NCBI GenBank assembly: GCA_951406725.2
Contig: OX597819.1
Location: 9,920,001-9,984,000, forward strand
Origin: Octopus vulgaris
Lineage: Eukaryota
Reading direction: 5' to 3'
DNA: 64,000 nucleotides
Position numbers and translations under genes: made by a program. The notes under the pieces were generated by a model. The model was not told the origin of the DNA, made no database searches, and was given only the letters and a program-made list of their open reading frames with translations. Position 1 is the stretch's first letter, and each line of letters begins with the position of its first letter. Of this stretch, positions 58,728 through 64,000 are shown one piece after another.

Positions 58728-59148
58728 TGTAGTGATGCTACTGTGCAGGGTTCAGCGCGCATGCGCAGAATGGGACTACTTCCGGGTGGCCACCGGAAGT
58801 CTTCCCCATGCGCATGTGCGGGAAACGTTCCCTTACCCGCCAAACTCAAATCTTTCTCTCCGGTTCCACAGCTCATCGCAATCGGACGTACATTCAACAG
58901 GCTCTGACAACCACTCGTGCTACAACATAGCCGCCAACGACCACCAACAAACTTCAACAAACTAACAAGAAGCTGCACATCAGAGGTTGTCCTTCTCCCA
59001 TCAGACACGTACGACATCGCAATAAATAAACGAACTGCTGTCTTTTTACCTACAACCTGACTTTGTCTGTATTGTCTTATAAAATTGTATGTGACTAGAT
59101 CGGATATCGACACCCTTTCAGTGAATCGATAACAGATCCTTCGTTACA
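58728..59148 (+). mobile_element. Solo LTR, 421 bp, 4-bp TSD CTAG
   Basis: Begins TGTAGTG, ends CGTTACA; CTAG at 58724-58727 and 59149-59152; AATAAA at 59021; CpG-rich interior. Confidence 0.75.
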
Positions 59149-59459
59149 CTAGTAATTAAGCCAGTAGTCGCTGGGGATTAAAGGTTCATGCTGAAAGAAT
59201 AGATAATGAGCACTGCTCTAGCTACATAGCATGGTAGTTGTCATGGCCAGGAGTATAAGAAAGCTAGCAGTCCTAGCTGTGTAGGCAGTTGACAAGCTGC
59301 TTGCCCAGAAGGGGAAACAGAAAAAAGAGAGACTGGATGTCCAACTAGGGTTTTTATACCTCCCTAGCAGAAGTGCCATTGAAGCACCACCTACCGACGA
59401 CAGAATGAGGGAACATAACTCTGCCCTGTTTCCTTTAGCCTTTATGGCCCTTGCTACAC

Positions 59460-61856
59460 TACTCCCCCTGCAACTGTAAGCCGAAAGAGAGGTATGTTGT
59501 AGCAAAAGGCCAACCTAGGGAACAAATCAGAGGAAGTGAAAAGATCAGGAAAAGGCATGCAAGGTAAGGAAGAAAAAGAAGAGAAAAAAAAAACAGTGCA
59601 AAGAAAAAATAAAATATGCTAAAATTAACACAATAGTTCCAAAAGTTTGAAGAAATGGCATGTGCAACATAAGAAAAATGCCAAAAGCATGCAAAGAAAG
59701 TGCTTGGAAAAAGTCAGGGCAGAACATGTACAGTGTTACACAATTACTTAGGCCAGAGTACACGATGCCCAGCACGAGTAGTTGTGACATGTGGCAGTGG
59801 AGCGGGAAATGCACACTTGTGTTTGCATGAGTGCAGTGTCTGTAGATGTCAGAGATGGAAAGTGGATAGAGATATTTGGTTCTGGAGTTAGAACTTCAGA
59901 AAAAGCTTGCTTTACCCTATCAATTGAAACAGTCTGTTTAGATCCATTAATCATCATCCTCATCATCATGATCGTTTAGCGTCCGCTTTCCATGCTAGCA
60001 TGGGTTGGACGGTTCAACTGGGGTCTGTGAAGCCAGAAGACTGCACCAGGCCCAGTCTGATCTGGCAGTGTTTCTACGGCTGGATGCCCTTCCTAACGCC
60101 AACCACTCCGTGAGTGTAGTGGGTGCTTTTTACGTGCCACCTGCACAGGTACCAGACGGAGCTGGAAAACGGACACGAACGGATGGAATGTCTATGGAAA
60201 ATGTTTTTGACATTTTCCCCGGGACATGATAAAGCCCCTTATTGGATTGAATAAGTGAGCCTCTCACAGAATCATCCCTGAGGAAAACACGAGTCCATTT
60301 ATCAATATCCACTGGAACAGTAGCAAGCTCAGTCTGGTGTCTAGAAGACATCGGTGGAAGACCTGAAAAATAAGTCTGTTGTCTATGTACATAAGATGAA
60401 GGATCTTGAGTCAATAAGTCCACAGGTGCCAACATCTGGCCTGGTAGGGATAATGGTGAACTGTAGAGAAGTTCAGCAGAAGAGTATCCAAGATCCTCTT
60501 TCACTGATAAGCAACAACCCAAAAGAACAGCAGACAGATATTCACACCAGTGATGAGAATCTGGACAGGTACATAACAACACCTTTAATTGACAGTGGAA
60601 CCATTCCACCATGCCATTTGAAGCTGGATGATAACTAGTCATCTGGATATGGCAAACTCCTAAGATTCTTAAAAGTTGTTGGAAAAGCTGGGATTCAAGT
60701 TGCCTCCTGCAATCAGTAGTAATCCGTAATCATCATCATCATTGTGCCACCCACACAGTTGCCAGACGGGGCTGGCAAATGGCCACGGACGGATGGTGCT
60801 TTCTATGTGCCACCGGCACGGGGGCCAGGCAAGGCTGGCAACGGCCACGATCAGATGGAACACCAAAACGTGAAATCAAACCTGATATGAAGGCTTGTGT
60901 TACTGATTCTGCGCTGATATCGACCAGAAGGATGGCTTCAGGCAAACACGAAAAGTGGTCAATACATGTAAGTATATAAGTGAATCAGCGACTAACTGGC
61001 CAAAGACCAACCAAGTCAATAGGGATGTGTTAAAAACGTGCATCCAGATTTTCAAAGGTGCCAAGAGTTGCACAAACATGTCTGTGTACTTTTGAGTACT
61101 GGCATTGCAGACAAGAACGCAACCATGCTGTAATATTCCATCGCATATTTGGCCAGAAAAAAGGAGCTATAATAAGCTTTACCGAAGTTGCTACGCCAGG
61201 ATGTGATGAGGTATGCAGGGCATATATTGAGCTAATCTCTCCAAAGCCATCTTTGCCTTTCATTCATCTGGAGTTGATAAAATGAAGTACCAATCAAGTA
61301 TTGGGATAATTTAATTGTATTATCATTTTTTAAAAAAATACTATGTGGTTTTATTAATTTCTATAGTCTTGTGTGACCTACTTTTCTGGTTATAGAACCA
61401 AGCACACTGAATGAGAAAAATTTTAGAATTACCACTTTTAATGTAAAACATTTTAAATTATATGAAACTAGCAGTATCGCCCGGCGTTGCTCGGGTTTGT
61501 AAGGGAAATAACTATATAGGCATTTTTAGAGATGTAAAGTATAATAGCCATCTCAATATGGCTAACCACAAAGGGGGGGGGTACTGTAGCTTTTTACGTT
61601 CTGAGATTTTAATTTAATTCGATTCTATGTCTTTATGCAGCAGAGGCTTGCTCTGCATTTAAATTGATGTAATGATTGCATTGTTCATTTAAATGGAGTT
61701 GCATGAAATGATCGTACTGCATTACCTGTGGATATCCTTGTTGCTGATTTTGATTCTAATCACCTTATTTTGAAATCGTATGGATAATACCATACTAAAT
61801 TCTGGTGCCTCAACTTATGTACCAGATTCATCTGAATCTAAATTTTTGCTGAACTC

Positions 61857-61889
<33 letters not shown>

Positions 61890-61911
61890 TGTATGTATGT
61901 ATGTATGTATG

Positions 61912-61954
<43 letters not shown>

Positions 61955-63960
61955 TAAAGAAAGCAAAATATATAAAAAAATAAATAAATAAAAAATGATA
62001 AAAGCAAAAGGATAAATGGATGTATATGTGTAAAATAATTCAGTTCTCAGTATTTTGGCTACAATGGTTAAAGGTTAAAAGTTCAATTATCTTTGATAGT
62101 GGTTTTGGTTGAGGTCGTATTTATGTGTATGATTGTATGTATATGTATTTTTATTTTGTGGGGAATTGTATATATACGCACACAAGTGCATGTGTATGTA
62201 TGTGGATAGTGGGAGTGAGAAAGATGGGGCAGGTGAGATAAAATTTCTTGTCTCTTGTTCAAAAGAGAAAAATCTCTTTGCAATGGCACCCTTTCAGGTT
62301 TTGGACAAGCACAAACACACAGGGCTATAGTAGGAGACATTTAGTGTCACACACTGGTGCTAAATCCAGAAACATAGTTAAGGAACAAAGGTTGAGTCAA
62401 GGGAAGTAACTTGTCTGCACATTTATGTATGAATCTCCTGTAAAAGTTGACAATTCCCAAGAGATGATGCAATTCGCATAGAGAACTGGGAGGTGTGATG
62501 CATTGAATTGCTTCGACTTTGGAGGAGAGAGGTCAGATATCATTAGAATTGATATAATGACCTCAGAATTCCAGAGAGGTCTGTCCCAAAACACAATTAT
62601 TATTGGGTTGATTCCCACATTGTAGGTGTGAAGATGCTGAAAAAGTTGAGATAAGTGTTGGAGGTGATTTTCACACATGTCATTAGCTATGAGCAAATCA
62701 TCAACATAAGCAAACACAAAGTCAAGTCCACAGACAACTTTGTCGATAAACCTCTGGAATGTGCTTGTTGCATCCACAAACTGAAGTTCATAAACAGGAA
62801 CTCCAAACTTCCAAAGAGGATGGTAATGGCAGTTTTGGGAATGTTGTCAGGTTCATTGGAATTTGATGATAAGCTCAGATGACGTCAACCTTGGAAAAAA
62901 ATAGTACAACCATGCAAGTTTGATGAAAGATCTTGGAGATTCCTTATAGGATAGCGATCAGGAACAGTGATTGCATTCAAATGTTTGTAATCCCCCACTG
63001 GGCGAAAATCTGAATCTCCTTTCTGTGCCAAATGTAGAGGAGATGTCCAAGGGCTGGTGGAGGGGTGAATAAGGCTGAGTTGAAGTATATGCTCAAACTC
63101 AGATTGAGCCTTCTTGAGGCAGTCAGCGGCGAGTTGCTGTGGACATAAAAAAACGGGTGGCCCAGAATTAGTGATATAATGGCAAGTCAAGTATGTGACT
63201 TTGACTGATTTGAAAGACAGATCCACCAGTTCTGGGAAAGAAGCCAAAAGGGAGTGGAAGTGGTCATCAGCAGGGGCAACAAAAAATGACGGGCTGAAAA
63301 CAGCATTAGTAGTAACCCGAGCAGGCGTAAACAAAGATGTAGAATTGCCCACAAGTCTCTGTCGCTTGACATCTACTAATGAGTGAAAGTGGTTTAAGAA
63401 GTCTGCACCCAGAATGCGGTATGGTAGATCTGCTATAACAAAATCCCACCTAAAATCCCTTTGAATGTTGAGATCTAGGTGTAAGGAAACTTGACCATAA
63501 GTTTTTATCAGGGTTAGATTCACTGCATGCAGGTTAATGGCAGATTGCTTCGGCTTGTCTGAAGTAAGACACAAAGGCCAAATAGAACAGCTGGAACGAT
63601 TTGTTAGACACACGATCCTTAACAAAGAATGCACGATGAGATGAAAAATTGCAGGAAGAATCTGATGTGCTCGAATCTTCCGTAACTAATTTCCTGACAA
63701 CTTGAACAAACAGGGCTGGATGAAACGATGGACTTGTGTCCCATTCTCGGTGTCCATCTTCATGGCAGCGCATGGCTTGTGATATCTCCATTCACATGAG
63801 GTACATTACCTCTGGAGAATAACATGTGTGGTCAGAGTGGGTTAGAGTCCGCTGTAGCTGCCTACTTCGTAGTGTCTCTCAGTGTAAGCAAGCTAGAGAA
63901 GACTAAGAGAGTTTGAATATCTTTTGCACCTGCTTCAGTAGTCATTGTCGAGGAGAGCCT
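59460..63960 (-). mobile_element. Decayed Ty3/Gypsy LTR retrotransposon (protease-RT-integrase) interrupted by RTE tails, SINE and Helitron pieces
   Basis: ILGADFL, SPWTSPLHL, DYKHLN..PDRYP, FQRFID..YVDDLLIA, SHPG..CLQCQ, TSYHPASNGMVE, TVSIDRVK. Purine tract AGGGGGAGTAG then TGTAGC at 59458 marks a probable 3' LTR start. Confidence 0.88.
61860..61954. repeat. Compound microsatellite (ATGT)n(ATCT)n
   Basis: Directly visible. Confidence 0.9.
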
Positions 63961-64000
63961 TGTTGTGGTGCCATGCATGGCAAACAGTTGTACACGAGAT

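Noticed and set aside
62885-63634. 249-aa ORF as a domesticated protease gene
   Set aside because: Contiguous with frameshifted RT and integrase debris of a decayed Gypsy; no intact catalytic DTG/DSG motif visible.

Overview
AT-rich, repeat-dense animal genomic DNA, most likely from an octopod cephalopod (inferred from the SINE/RTE repertoire, not verified). It holds two convergent intron-rich genes: a complete RtcB RNA ligase (+ strand, 13 coding exons, 10087-42518, 504 aa by my splice reconstruction) and a complete mitochondrial ribosomal protein L2 (- strand, 4 coding exons, 49941-44011). The rest is transposon debris: three tRNA-derived SINE families, many 5'-truncated RTE LINE 3' ends with an internal modular ~60-bp array, TTAA/piggyBac-type MITEs, Tc1/mariner remnants, non-autonomous Helitrons, CR1/BovB/Tx1-like LINE pieces, two decayed Gypsy elements and a solo LTR. 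Most short ORFs in the track are repeat artefacts. Most notable: (i) minimal hammerhead-ribozyme motifs in intronic Penelope-like remnants, including compensatory G3-C8 and U3-A8 core variants inside palindromes in RtcB intron 9; (ii) two RtcB codons that one A-to-I edit would revert to the residue I recall as conserved in metazoans; (iii) several long fold-back hairpins near RtcB exons; (iv) a solo LTR with a symmetric NRF1-ETS-ETS-NRF1 cassette upstream of MRPL2. All structures were read by eye; no searches were run.
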